Positions 28,210-39,749 of a stretch of DNA of 64,000 nt are shown here, piece by piece. Position numbers and translations under genes: made by a program. Position 1 is the first letter of the stretch. Every line of letters begins with the position of its first letter. This DNA is from Zygnema circumcarinatum SAG 698-1b (taxonomy: Eukaryota > Plantae > Zygnematophyceae): positions 3,224,001-3,288,000 of the forward strand of contig CM074811.1 in NCBI GenBank assembly GCA_037447605.1. Direction: 5' to 3'. Below the pieces are notes generated by a model that had not been told where the DNA came from, searched no databases, and saw only the letters and a program-made list of their open reading frames with translations.

Positions 28210-29887
28210 ATGGCCGCCCTCTCTCCCCTCCTCCGCGCATGCCTCGTCGTCGCCCTCCTCTCAGCCCCTGCCTGCGCGGTGGCCCTAGCGCCTGAAGCAG
28301 GAACCCCTGAGCGCGCCCTTCCTTTACGTACTTCTCCAGCTTGACATGGACGCTGCCAAGCCAGTGCAACGTGTCCACGTGGCAATGCATTATCTTTCAG
28401 CTTCAGCCTCACTTTCACTTTCAGTTTTAGTTTCAGTTGCAGTTTCAGTTTCAGTTGCCGTTTGAGTTTGAGTTTGAGTTTGAGATTGAGTTCGAGCGTG
28501 GCCCTTTGTCCCCTGCAGAGCGCGGGGCCTCCTCGCGGGCGGAGGGCGCGGACAGCGGCCGGCGGGAGGGCGTCACGTCACCCGACCCCGCGGGCCACGG
28601 CGTGCACATGTACGCCGCACCGTTCTCCGTTTTGTTCGCCGTTCGCAGCACCTGCATTGCGCATCCGCTACATGGCGGCAGTTCCGTTTGCAGTAAAACA
28701 TTCTCAGCGTTCCGTGCATACATAGAACCAACCCGATTCCTTCCGCCAATGCAGCAATGTACCAAAAAAATCGACGTGAATCTAAAATAAATATTTTACC
28801 TTGAATTTCTTAAAACTTTTGCATCTGCAGATTCCTCCCGGAGCGCCCTGAAGGGACCTCCAGTCCCTCCACACGTGAGGAGAAGCCTTCGTCCCACGTG
28901 GAACGCCGGGAGTTGGCAGAATCCACGGGGCTCACCTTCCCGGAAACTTCCTCATTCAAGGCTCCCGTACTGAAAGGCAAGAAGGCAGTGCCTATCGACC
29001 TCCTCCGCAAAGAGCTCCCGTTGATCGGGTACATGAGTTTACCCACGTTCGGTGGATCCCCCAGCGAGTTGATCCTGCGAGGATCCACCCCGAACCCTAA
29101 ACCCCAAAGCGGTGTGGCCCCGGCGGGGTTTGCGACATGCAACAAAGGTTTGCCCGCGGCCAGGGTGGTCCCCGGATTGGAGGACGCGGGGCTGAGCTCG
29201 GGGGTGGTCCTATTGCTTCTGGTCACCCGGGCGGGCCCCGTCGGCCTGTGCTCGGGGGCAATGATTGCGCCCACTCTCGTGCTCACTGCCGCGCACTGTC
29301 TTTACGATACCGACAAAAACAAGTGGATGGTCGGTGGATCCGTCAATTTGGCAGCATTCGTCCAAGTAAACGGCGCTGGCGCTGATGACACATATTTTGG
29401 AGCGTACTATGATGAAGTCCAGATCTACACGGAGTTCCAGCAGGCCCCCTCGTTTCAGAGCACGCTTTTGAACGGCTCAGATCTCGCGGTCGTGAAGCTC
29501 AAGGACGCCCTCCCTGGACAGACGTACACGTGGAGCGCTCCGAAGGGCTCCGACCCACGCGCCAATTTTGGGTACCCCGCTGTTACGAACGATGGCGTCA
29601 GCCTCGTGTATGACGTGACGTCAAAATCCGTCACTCTCGGTTGCTTCCAGCTCTCCAGCTCCATACTGTGCCAGGACGTCTCGGTCGAGGGCGGCATGAG
29701 CGGCGGCCCGACGGTCGGTCCGTACGACGGAACCAACGTCGTGGCGACGCTTTCCGCCGGGGCCGTCAACGGCTGTCCGGCGCTGTCCACGGTCCTGACG
29801 GGGCCCGCGTACCCCCTGCAGGGCCTGGTCACAAGGATCGGCTGCAAGGTCAAAGTGAGCAAAGGGGTGTACTCGGCGACGTGCTAG
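28210..29887 (+). CDS. Secreted trypsin-fold serine protease B2, intact catalytic triad, 3 exons
   Basis: Exon 1 28210-~28327 (signal peptide MAALSPLLRACLVVALLSAPACA), exon 2 28519-28609, exon 3 28831-29887; phases are compatible. Motifs LTAAHCL, SDLAVVKL, EGGMSGGP. The donor used in the other copies reads GA here (28301); a same-phase C|GTACTT lies at 28327. Confidence 0.85.
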
Positions 29888-30749
29888 GACGGGGGAGGGA
29901 GGGAGGGGGCATGAGACCCTTGTTGGCGCAAGTTCTTCTTGACGATGTTGTTTTAACAGCAAGGCGGACTTGGGCTCAAGTTTTTGTTAGAGGTGGGCAA
30001 ATAAGGGGGATGGATGGATGGTCGTCGAGATGGGTTTTTGGGCGTAAAGGTTTAAGTTATGATAGTTTAGTTTTTTTTGGGGAGGGGTGCGTTGTTGGTG
30101 CAGATTTTTAAATCGCTGGAGGTTTGAATCTGTTTACTTCAATTTAATGTCATATTGGAAGTGTGTGAAATGATGGACTGTGATAATTGCAATTAACCAA
30201 GGCCTTCTGTCCCCACTCCACGGCTTCCTAATAACGGATTGTGATTCTACACAGGAATACAAAGTCATGTGTATGTAGCAGGCTGGGTAATGACACAATG
30301 AAAAATTAAATTTGCACGTGCGGGGCATCCCTACCGGAGATAGGTTGTGGCCTTGTTACACGTATCGTATGTCGATTGCAATCGCTCGTGCAATGTGTGG
30401 GACTGTCCATGCCATTCCTCATGACTCCAAGCGTCCCTCTAACATCAAAAAAAGCTAAGCACACGAACCCTCAACCCTAATTCCTAATCCCTAAACCCTG
30501 GACGTTAAACCCTAAGAGCTACCGAGGAATGCCGGCTGTGAGAACCTGCGGGCGGGAGGCGGCCGAGAAAGGGCAGGATGAGCTAGAATCTACGCGGCAT
30601 GGGCGTGGGGTCGTAGTTCAGCCCCGAGAGGATCACGCCTGCAAAGCAGGAAAGAGGCAGGCGGGAGGGAGGGAGGGAGCGGTGAGGGGAGGGGAAGTGG
30701 AGGGAGGGGAGGGGAGGGAGGGAGGGGAGGGGAGGGGAGGGGAGGGGAA

Positions 30750-31569
30750 TGTTGGAAACTAGAGCCTGGTCTCTCTCATTCACTGCACTCTCAGACATGC
30801 TTGTATTTCAGCGAACACACCCACCCCCAATGCACACACCGGAAGGAAAGAATAAAAGCTGAAAGAAAAGACACCGAGAAGTGAAGTAAAGGAGAAAGCC
30901 CCCACTGGCTCAAAACTCCTTAAAATAAATAGGAAAGGGTTACACACAGAAATTCAGCCCTCAGGCGATTCCTAATGCTCTGCCCTACACACCTATCTAC
31001 TGCTGCCCATACAGCAGGCCTCTACACTCAGCAGCACGAGCCGAGATGCAAGGTTCTAAGGGTTACTAACACTATGCACAAAGCAACCTAAATACTAGCC
31101 GCTGAAGCACCTCCACGTTCCACCGCGTGCCACCGCGTTCCACCTCCATGTCGTCGAGGTCGCTCCGCGCCTCCTGGAGTTCGCTCCGCGCCGCGCGGGA
31201 GCTCAGCTCGAGAGGCCGCCATGGGGAGGGGAGTGTCCGTACAGAAACACTCCTCCGAAAGCTCCTCCGTCGCTCCGAACCTTCCGCGCTCCTTCGCGCC
31301 TCCAATAATCCGTACTAAGCTAACTCATAGCCGCGCGACCTATCGTCGCGCGCCACGTGTCTACATCACTTATCGATTCTAAGCGGACTCCACTGGTGGC
31401 GCGGCCTATCGCCGCCCTCCACGTGTCCTATTCAAACCTGTCGTCTTCCCACTAAGAACAGCGCTCTAGCGCACTGTTCAGACTGTGACCGAATCTACCA
31501 AGGACCGCCGACACTAGCTAAGGACCGTAAAGTGTACTACGTTGTTCTATACCCCTATTGTACACTACA
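30750..31569 (+). mobile_element. Solo LTR (820 bp) of the same Gypsy family
   Basis: Starts TGTTG and ends CTACA; flanked by a GGGAA 5-bp target-site duplication (30745-30749 and 31570-31574); last 171 bp match 4892-5062; inserted in a GGAGG microsatellite. Confidence 0.93.
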
Positions 31570-33042
31570 GGGAAGAGGAGGGAGGGGAGGGGAGGGGAAG
31601 GGGAGGGGAAGGGGAGGGGCAGGGGAGAGGCAGGGGACGGGAAGAGGAGGGGAAGGGGAGGGAGGTGAAGAGAGAGGAGGGGAAGGGAGAGGAGAGGAGG
31701 GGGAGGGAGAGGAAAGGTAGGGAGGGGAAGGGAGGGAAGGGGAGGGGAGGGGAAGGGGAGGGAGGGGAGGGGAGGGGAAGGAGAGGAAANNNNNNNNNNG
31801 GAGGGGAAAGGGAGGGGAAGGGGAGGGAAAGGGGAGGGGAAGGGGAGGGGAAGGGGAGGGGAAGGGGAGGGAGGTGAAGGGAGAGGAGGGGAATGGAGGG
31901 GAAGGAAAGGCGGGGGAGGGGAGGGGAAGGGAAAGGAGGGGAGGGGAGGGAGGGGAAGGCCTGATCGGATCCCGTCGGATCTGTGTGGGCCCGGCGATGG
32001 GGATCAGAGAGACCTCGATTCGTCGGCCCATCAGTCAGTCCGCGAAAGTCCTGCGGCGGCGGTCCGGTTGGTCGCTGACGTCATAGGACGGTCCGAAAAG
32101 GCAAACTTGTAGCCACTAAACTGAGTTTTTCGCAATGCCAATGGTTGGCAGCTGCCTTGCATTGCTATCCAACGGCTTTTATTTTAAGAACAATCCAAAT
32201 GAGTTGAAAAAAAATAAAAAACAAAATAATAATAATAGAAGACTGGTCGTTTGTCCATGCCCATGCCCATGCCCATGCCCATGCGAGTCCAGGGAAACGG
32301 AGTTGCGTGAAATGGCACTGGGACGAAACAAAACGGCTCGCGCACGGGACGGAACGGGATACAGTTTCACGGTCCCATGGACATGCGCGGCATGGCGACT
32401 CCGCCCAACCAATCTGAGCCGTCCGATTCTTGCGATCTAGAATCTGGGCCATCTTGGCGGCCTCGCTTGAGCCGCGCATTTGAGCTCCGACGCCCGTGAA
32501 GTTGAGAGAGGCTAAGAGGCACTGTTCTCAAGATTGCTAACACTCCCATTGGCTGAAAAAAGCGCATGCACATATGTATGCACATGCATGTGTCACTGTC
32601 GCCCATCGTTGAATCAGATAGACAGATAAAACGAAGTTACTTGGTCCCAAAATAACATCATTGGAAACCCGCTAGCAGCAACTCGCATTCAAAATTTCAG
32701 TAAAAACTGATTTTTCTTAATAAAGGAGAGATTCGACAGGTAATGCCCAAAATTCTCTCCTAAAACCAAATACACATACAAATATATATTGCCGAGATCC
32801 CACCATTGCCTATTTCCAAATCACCAGCTTCCCCTGGAAGTACCCAATATTCGCCACGAGTCCCCAACAGGAATCAGCAAATCTTCAACAGAACGTCCAC
32901 GAATCGTATTTGCCAGTTCACCAACTCCTACAAACAGCACATCGCATGACTTTTTACACTCTCAGCCTCATAATTGGTCAAAAAACTCGAGACCAAAGAC
33001 ACCAAAACGTTGCACGTGTGCTGTCCGCACATCGACCGACGC

Positions 33043-34011
33043 TCAGCACGAAGCGGAGAAGATGCCGTTGCTGTTGACCGCAGTGCACCCCACACTGCGA
33101 GCGAGCACCTCCAAGGAGTAGGTCCCCACAAGAGCAGTGAAGTACGCCGGGCAGCTGGACGGGGCAGCGCCGGACAGCACCCCCACAGCGAGCAGACTGG
33201 GGGTCAGAGTGACGAGAGGGCCGCCTCCCATCCCTCCCTCCACAGACAAGTCCTCGCACAGAACGTTCGTGGAGTAGCCCTGGCAGCCGCGCGAGAGAGG
33301 CAGCACCGTCACGTCATAGACGATGCTCTTGCCGTCGACTGTCTGGGCGGGATACCCAAAAGCAGCGCGCGGATATGGGGCTGGCACGGCGCTGGTCCAC
33401 TTGAAGGCTTGTCCGACGAGGGGCGAAATCAGCTTCACAACGGCGATGTCGCTGCCGTCAAAGAGTGTGTTGACAAACGAGGCCGCGTTGATGAAGGCAG
33501 TGAAGATCGAAGCGGTGGAGACGAAGGCGGTGGAGAAGGTGACATCGCTCACTCCGTTTCTCCTTGTGAATGCGGTCACGGTGACGGTTGAGTTGATCTG
33601 CCACACGTTCACGTTCGTGTCATAGACGCACGACGCGGAGGTAGCCACGAGAGTAGGCGCAATAAGAGTCCCCGAGCAGGCGCGGAATGTGCGGCCGGTG
33701 GAGGCGAATGAGAAGAAGAGCAGAACTACGCCGGAGCCGAGGCCGGTCTCCTCGAAGCCCGGCACGATGAGGGAGGCCGGCCATGGAGGGGAGCCCGTGT
33801 TGCAGGTGAGGAAGCCCTTGGGAGCCACGCCGCCCTTGCTGACGGCGAGGGGGAGGGACATGTTGCCCGAGAGGGACAATTCACTTATGGCTTTGGCAGA
33901 AAGAAAAACGTCCTTCGAGGAGGCAACTGTGACGGTTCGAAGAGAGCCCGCCGCTGCCTTGGGGAGGAGGGCCGCAAGGAGGAGGGGCAGGAGGGCGAGG
34001 AGGACGGCCAT
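33043..34011 (-). CDS. Pseudoprotease A3' (identical to 35782-36750; possibly an assembly duplicate)
   Basis: ATG at 34011 (MAVLLALL...), 322 aa, TSASC / GMGGGP. Confidence 0.7.
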   Translation of the reverse strand: MAVLLALLPLLLAALLPKAAAGSLRTVTVASSKDVFLSAKAISELSLSGNMSLPLAVSKGGVAPKGFLTCNTGSPPWPASLIVPGFEETGLGSGVVLLFFSFASTGRTFRACSGTLIAPTLVATSASCVYDTNVNVWQINSTVTVTAFTRRNGVSDVTFSTAFVSTASIFTAFINAASFVNTLFDGSDIAVVKLISPLVGQAFKWTSAVPAPYPRAAFGYPAQTVDGKSIVYDVTVLPLSRGCQGYSTNVLCEDLSVEGGMGGGPLVTLTPSLLAVGVLSGAAPSSCPAYFTALVGTYSLEVLARSVGCTAVNSNGIFSASC

Positions 34012-35781
34012 GGCTGCTGCGGGAGACGCGAGAGAGAGAGCGAGAGCGAGATAGGGAGATAGAGAGAGGGGGGGACGGGAGGCAGAGCGCGTTGCTGCGG
34101 ACCTCGACACGGCGCGCAGTTTATAGGCTCAAGCCGCCGCCGCTCGAAGCTTGAACGTATTGTGCCGTACTGTCTGGTACATTTCCTTCCGGCTCACGAA
34201 AAGAAAAGAAAAGAAAAGAAACGAAAAGTACGGAACGGTACAAAACGGAGTGTACGTTTTCGGAACGGTAAAAAGTTAGGCACGTATCTGGTCTGGTTCG
34301 CAGGACAGATGCATGTCCGTAAGAAGTCTGAATGGCAAGTTTCGGAGGACCGGCGTGTGCGGAAATCGATGCGCAGCGCTGATTGGCGCCGTACAGGACA
34401 AGGATGTCTGCGGCCTAGGGATGTTATATTTGTCCGTACAAGCGGCTTTCAGAGTTTTAGATTTCGGAATTAGAACGTTGGAATGACTAAAAGTTCAGAG
34501 TTTTAAAACACTTTTACAATGACTGTACAACCAATGATTTTGAACTTCAAACTGACCGTACGACCCTACATTCGTACGACTGTCCAGCCATTCTAAAAGT
34601 GTTGTTATAAAACGGCCTGACTTAGTCAGGCATGTTATANNNNNNNNNNCGGGGGAGGGGAGGGGAAGGGAAAGGAGGGGAGGGGAGGGAGGGGAAGGCC
34701 TGATCGGATCCCGTCGGATCTGTGTGGGCCCGGCGATGGGGATCAGAGAGACCTCGATTCGTCGGCCCATCAGTCAGTCCGCGAAAGTCCTGCGGCGGCG
34801 GTCCGGTTGGTCGCTGACGTCATAGGACGGTCCGAAAAGGCAAACTTGTAGCCACTAAACTGAGTTTTTCGCAATGCCAATGGTTGGCAGCTGCCTTGCA
34901 TTGCTATCCAACGGCTTTTATTTTAAGAACAATCCAAATGAGTTGAAAAAAAATAAAAAACAAAATAATAATAATAGAAGACTGGTCGTTTGTCCATGCC
35001 CATGCCCATGCCCATGCCCATGCGAGTCCAGGGAAACGGAGTTGCGTGAAATGGCACTGGGACGAAACAAAACGGCTCGCGCACGGGACGGAACGGGATA
35101 CAGTTTCACGGTCCCATGGACATGCGCGGCATGGCGACTCCGCCCAACCAATCTGAGCCGTCCGATTCTTGCGATCTAGAATCTGGGCCATCTTGGCGGC
35201 CTCGCTTGAGCCGCGCATTTGAGCTCCGACGCCCGTGAAGTTGAGAGAGGCTAAGAGGCACTGTTCTCAAGATTGCTAACACTCCCATTGGCTGAAAAAA
35301 GCGCATGCACATATGTATGCACATGCATGTGTCACTGTCGCCCATCGTTGAATCAGATAGACAGATAAAACGAAGTTACTTGGTCCCAAAATAACATCAT
35401 TGGAAACCCGCTAGCAGCAACTCGCATTCAAAATTTCAGTAAAAACTGATTTTTCTTAATAAAGGAGAGATTCGACAGGTAATGCCCAAAATTCTCTCCT
35501 AAAACCAAATACACATACAAATATATATTGCCGAGATCCCACCATTGCCTATTTCCAAATCACCAGCTTCCCCTGGAAGTACCCAATATTCGCCACGAGT
35601 CCCCAACAGGAATCAGCAAATCTTCAACAGAACGTCCACGAATCGTATTTGCCAGTTCACCAACTCCTACAAACAGCACATCGCATGACTTTTTACACTC
35701 TCAGCCTCATAATTGGTCAAAAAACTCGAGACCAAAGACACCAAAACGTTGCACGTGTGCTGTCCGCACATCGACCGACGC

Positions 35782-36750
35782 TCAGCACGAAGCGGAGAAG
35801 ATGCCGTTGCTGTTGACCGCAGTGCACCCCACACTGCGAGCGAGCACCTCCAAGGAGTAGGTCCCCACAAGAGCAGTGAAGTACGCCGGGCAGCTGGACG
35901 GGGCAGCGCCGGACAGCACCCCCACAGCGAGCAGACTGGGGGTCAGAGTGACGAGAGGGCCGCCTCCCATCCCTCCCTCCACAGACAAGTCCTCGCACAG
36001 AACGTTCGTGGAGTAGCCCTGGCAGCCGCGCGAGAGAGGCAGCACCGTCACGTCATAGACGATGCTCTTGCCGTCGACTGTCTGGGCGGGATACCCAAAA
36101 GCAGCGCGCGGATATGGGGCTGGCACGGCGCTGGTCCACTTGAAGGCTTGTCCGACGAGGGGCGAAATCAGCTTCACAACGGCGATGTCGCTGCCGTCAA
36201 AGAGTGTGTTGACAAACGAGGCCGCGTTGATGAAGGCAGTGAAGATCGAAGCGGTGGAGACGAAGGCGGTGGAGAAGGTGACATCGCTCACTCCGTTTCT
36301 CCTTGTGAATGCGGTCACGGTGACGGTTGAGTTGATCTGCCACACGTTCACGTTCGTGTCATAGACGCACGACGCGGAGGTAGCCACGAGAGTAGGCGCA
36401 ATAAGAGTCCCCGAGCAGGCGCGGAATGTGCGGCCGGTGGAGGCGAATGAGAAGAAGAGCAGAACTACGCCGGAGCCGAGGCCGGTCTCCTCGAAGCCCG
36501 GCACGATGAGGGAGGCCGGCCATGGAGGGGAGCCCGTGTTGCAGGTGAGGAAGCCCTTGGGAGCCACGCCGCCCTTGCTGACGGCGAGGGGGAGGGACAT
36601 GTTGCCCGAGAGGGACAATTCACTTATGGCTTTGGCAGAAAGAAAAACGTCCTTCGAGGAGGCAACTGTGACGGTTCGAAGAGAGCCCGCCGCTGCCTTG
36701 GGGAGGAGGGCCGCAAGGAGGAGGGGCAGGAGGGCGAGGAGGACGGCCAT
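35782..36750 (-). CDS. Secreted trypsin-fold pseudoprotease A3, 322 aa
   Basis: Nearly identical to A1; signal peptide; TSASC, DIAVVKL, GMGGGP; about 10 GTAC in 36900-37320 upstream. Confidence 0.88.
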   Translation of the reverse strand: MAVLLALLPLLLAALLPKAAAGSLRTVTVASSKDVFLSAKAISELSLSGNMSLPLAVSKGGVAPKGFLTCNTGSPPWPASLIVPGFEETGLGSGVVLLFFSFASTGRTFRACSGTLIAPTLVATSASCVYDTNVNVWQINSTVTVTAFTRRNGVSDVTFSTAFVSTASIFTAFINAASFVNTLFDGSDIAVVKLISPLVGQAFKWTSAVPAPYPRAAFGYPAQTVDGKSIVYDVTVLPLSRGCQGYSTNVLCEDLSVEGGMGGGPLVTLTPSLLAVGVLSGAAPSSCPAYFTALVGTYSLEVLARSVGCTAVNSNGIFSASC

Positions 36751-38077
36751 GGCTGCTGCGGGAGACGCGAGAGAGAGAGCGAGAGCGAGATAGGGAGATA
36801 GAGAGAGGGGGGGACGGGAGGCAGAGCGCGTTGCTGCGGACCTCGACACGGCGCGCAGTTTATAGGCTCAAGCCGCCGCCGCTCGAAGCTTGAACGTATT
36901 GTGCCGTACTGTCTGGTACATTTCCTTCCGGCTCACGAAAAGAAAAGAAAAGAAAAGAAACGAAAAGTACGGAACGGTACAAAACGGAGTGTACGTTTTC
37001 GGAACGGTAAAAAGTTAGGCACGTATCTGGTCTGGTTCGCAGGACAGATGCATGTCCGTAAGAAGTCTGAATGGCAAGTTTCGGAGGACCGGCGTGTGCG
37101 GAAATCGATGCGCAGCGCTGATTGGCGCCGTACAGGACAAGGATGTCTGCGGCCTAGGGATGTTATATTTGTCCGTACAAGCGGCTTTCAGAGTTTTAGA
37201 TTTCGGAATTAGAACGTTGGAATGACTAAAAGTTCAGAGTTTTAAAACACTTTTACAATGACTGTACAACCAATGATTTTGAACTTCAAACTGACCGTAC
37301 GACCCTACATTCGTACGACTGTCCAGCCATTCTAAAAGTGTTGTTATAAAACGGCCTGACTTAGTCAGGCATGTTATAACAACACTTTAGAAATTTCGAT
37401 TGGAATTCTGCGACACGGCCCTGCGCTCTCATGGCCATCACAAGGGCGTGTTGAGACCAACGCCATATCCCCCCGGGGCGGAAAGAAAGGGAGAGTGTCT
37501 CTGAAAGAGTACCTTTTGCGTTGGAATTTTGGAGGAGGTTTCATCGATGTCCGCTACTCATTTCAATTTTAGGGAAGCCAAAAGCCTAACGGACGGTCAA
37601 AATGCTCAACACGTGTCATCATTGTACTCAACAGACACTGACGCTTTGAATGGCGTTGACGCGCATCGTAATCCTCACAAGACGCCAAGTCCCTCCGTAC
37701 ACAAATTTGTCCACTGGCGGTGAAATTGTGGACCGGTTGCGAAAGAGAAGATCCGATTCTCCAGAAGCTGTTACCGTACATGTCGGCAGATGACCCTCCC
37801 CCAGGGACCAGTCTTCCGCCGACAGAGGAGTCCAATCAGTCAACGTCTGGTCAAATGTCGCTTTCGCCGATACGACGAGGTTTCGTCTGTGCCGTACGGA
37901 CTGTTTCTGTGTTTGTGTTTCCAAGGTTAGGAGGCCCTCTCACGGTACTATGTTGTCAGCTCCCTCCCACTCCCTCAACTTTCTCTCCCGCTTCCCACCC
38001 GCCCGCCATCCTCCCTTTCCTCTCTTCCCTCTCCCCCCTCTCTCTCACTCTCCTCCTCTCCTTCCCCCGCAGCAGCC

Positions 38078-39749
38078 ATGGCCGCCCTCTCTCCCGTCCT
38101 CTGCGCATGCCTCGTCGTCGCCCTCCTCTCAACCCCTGCCTGCGCGGTGGCCCTAGCGCCTGAAGCAGGTAAGAGCGCGCCCTTCCTTTGCGTACTTCTC
38201 CAGCTTCACATGGACGGTGCCGAGCCATTCTAACGTGTCCGCGTGGCAACATGGATCATCTTCCAGCTCCAGTTTCAGTTGCAGTTTCAGTTTCAGTTCC
38301 AGTTTAAGTTCCAGTTTGAATTTGAGTTTGAGTTTGAGTTCAAGCGCGGCCCTCTCCTCTGTCCCTCCCCCGCAGATCGCGGGGCCTCCTGGCGGGCGGA
38401 GGGCGCGGACAGCGGCCGGCGGGATGGCGTCACGTCACGTGACCGCGTGGGCCACGGCGCGCACATGTACGCCGCTCCGTTCTCCGTTCTGTTCGACGTT
38501 CGCAGCACCTGCACTGCGCATCCTCCACATGGCGGCAGTGCCGTTGGCAGTAAAACATTCTCAGCGTTCCGTGCATACATAGAACCACCCCGATTCCTTC
38601 CGCCAATGCAATGTACCAAAAAAAAACGACGTTAATCTTAAATAAATATTTGACCTTGAATTTCTTAAAACTTTTGCATCTGCAGATTCCTCCCGGAGCG
38701 CCCTGAAGGGACCAGTCCAGTCCAGTCCAGTCCCTCCACACGTGTGGAGAAGCCTTCGTCCCACGTGGAACGCCGGGAGTTGGCAGAATCCGCGGGGCTC
38801 ACCTTCCCGGAAACTTCCTCATTCAAGGCTCCCGTACTGAAAGACAAGAAGGCAGTGCCTATCGACCTCCTCCGAGCTCCCGTTGATCGGGTACATGAGT
38901 TTACCCACGTTCGGTGGATCCCCCAGCGAGTTGATCCTGCGGGGATCCACCCAGAACCCTAAACCCCAAAGCGGTGTGGCCCCGGCGGGGTTTGCGACAT
39001 GCAACAAAGGTTTGCCCGCGGCCAGGGTGGTCCCCGGATTGGAGGACGCGGGGCTGAGCTCGGGGGTGGTCCTATTGCATCTGGTCACCCGGGCGGGCCC
39101 CGTCGGCCTGTGCTCGGGGGCAATGATTGCGCCCACTCTCGTGCTCACCTCGGCGCACTGTCTTTACGATACCGACAAAAACATGTGGATGGTCGGTGGA
39201 TCCGTCAACTTGGTAGCATTAGTCCAAGTCAACGGTGCTGACGCTGATGACACATATTTTGGAGCGTACTATGATGAAGTCAAGATCTACACGGAGTTCC
39301 AGCAGGCCCCCTCGTTTCAGAGCACGCTTTTGAACGGCTCAGATCTCGCGGTCGTGAAGCTCAAGGACGCCCTCCCTGGACAGACGTACACGTGGAGCGC
39401 TCCGAAGAGCTCCGACCCACGCGCCAATTTTGGGTACCCCGCTGTTACGAACGATGGCGTCAGCCTCGTGTATGACATGACGTCAAAACCCGTCACTCTC
39501 GGTTGCTTCCAGCTCTCCACCTCCATACTGTGCCAGGACGTCTCGGTCGAGGGCGGCATGAGCGGCGGCCCGACGGTCGGTCCGTACGACGGAACCAACG
39601 TCGTGGCGACGCTTTCCGCCGGGGCCGTCACCGGCTGTCCGGCGCTGTCCACGGTCCTGACGGGGCCCGCGTACCCCCTGCAGGGCCTGGTCACAAGGAT
39701 CGGCTGCAAGGTCAAAGTGAGCAGAGGGGTGTACTCGGCGACGTGCTAG
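38078..39749 (+). pseudogene. Trypsin-fold protease B3, frameshifted
   Basis: Exons 38078-38168, 38376-38466, 38686-39749. A 5-nt deletion near 38874 (CTCCGCAAAGAGCTC in B2 vs CTCCGAGCTC) leads to a stop at 38962, before the protease domain. Triad motifs TSAHC / DLA / GMSGGP are still present downstream. Confidence 0.8.

Larger units (their letters stand above)
31910..37378. repeat. Apparently identical 2739-bp tandem duplication joined by an N gap (likely assembly artefact)
   Basis: The ORF tracks 32135-34473 and 34874-37212 are identical with offset 2739; N run at 34640-34649. Confidence 0.85.

Noticed and set aside
28400-28497. (TTTCAG)n/(TTTGAG)n hexamer runs as a regulatory array
   Set aside because: Similar runs occur at 10440, 43690 and 63460; they look like a genome-wide simple repeat with no locus-specific evidence.
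32974-33625. Antisense ORFs overlapping the protease-like genes (for example the 205-aa ORF)
   Set aside because: Shadow ORFs of GC-rich coding sequence with no recognisable motifs; they recur only because the sense gene is duplicated.
31910-34649. A fourth genuine pseudoprotease copy in tandem
   Set aside because: Apparently identical to the adjacent 2.7 kb, starts in a microsatellite and ends at an N gap; more likely an unmerged contig overlap. Needs read-depth or long-read confirmation.
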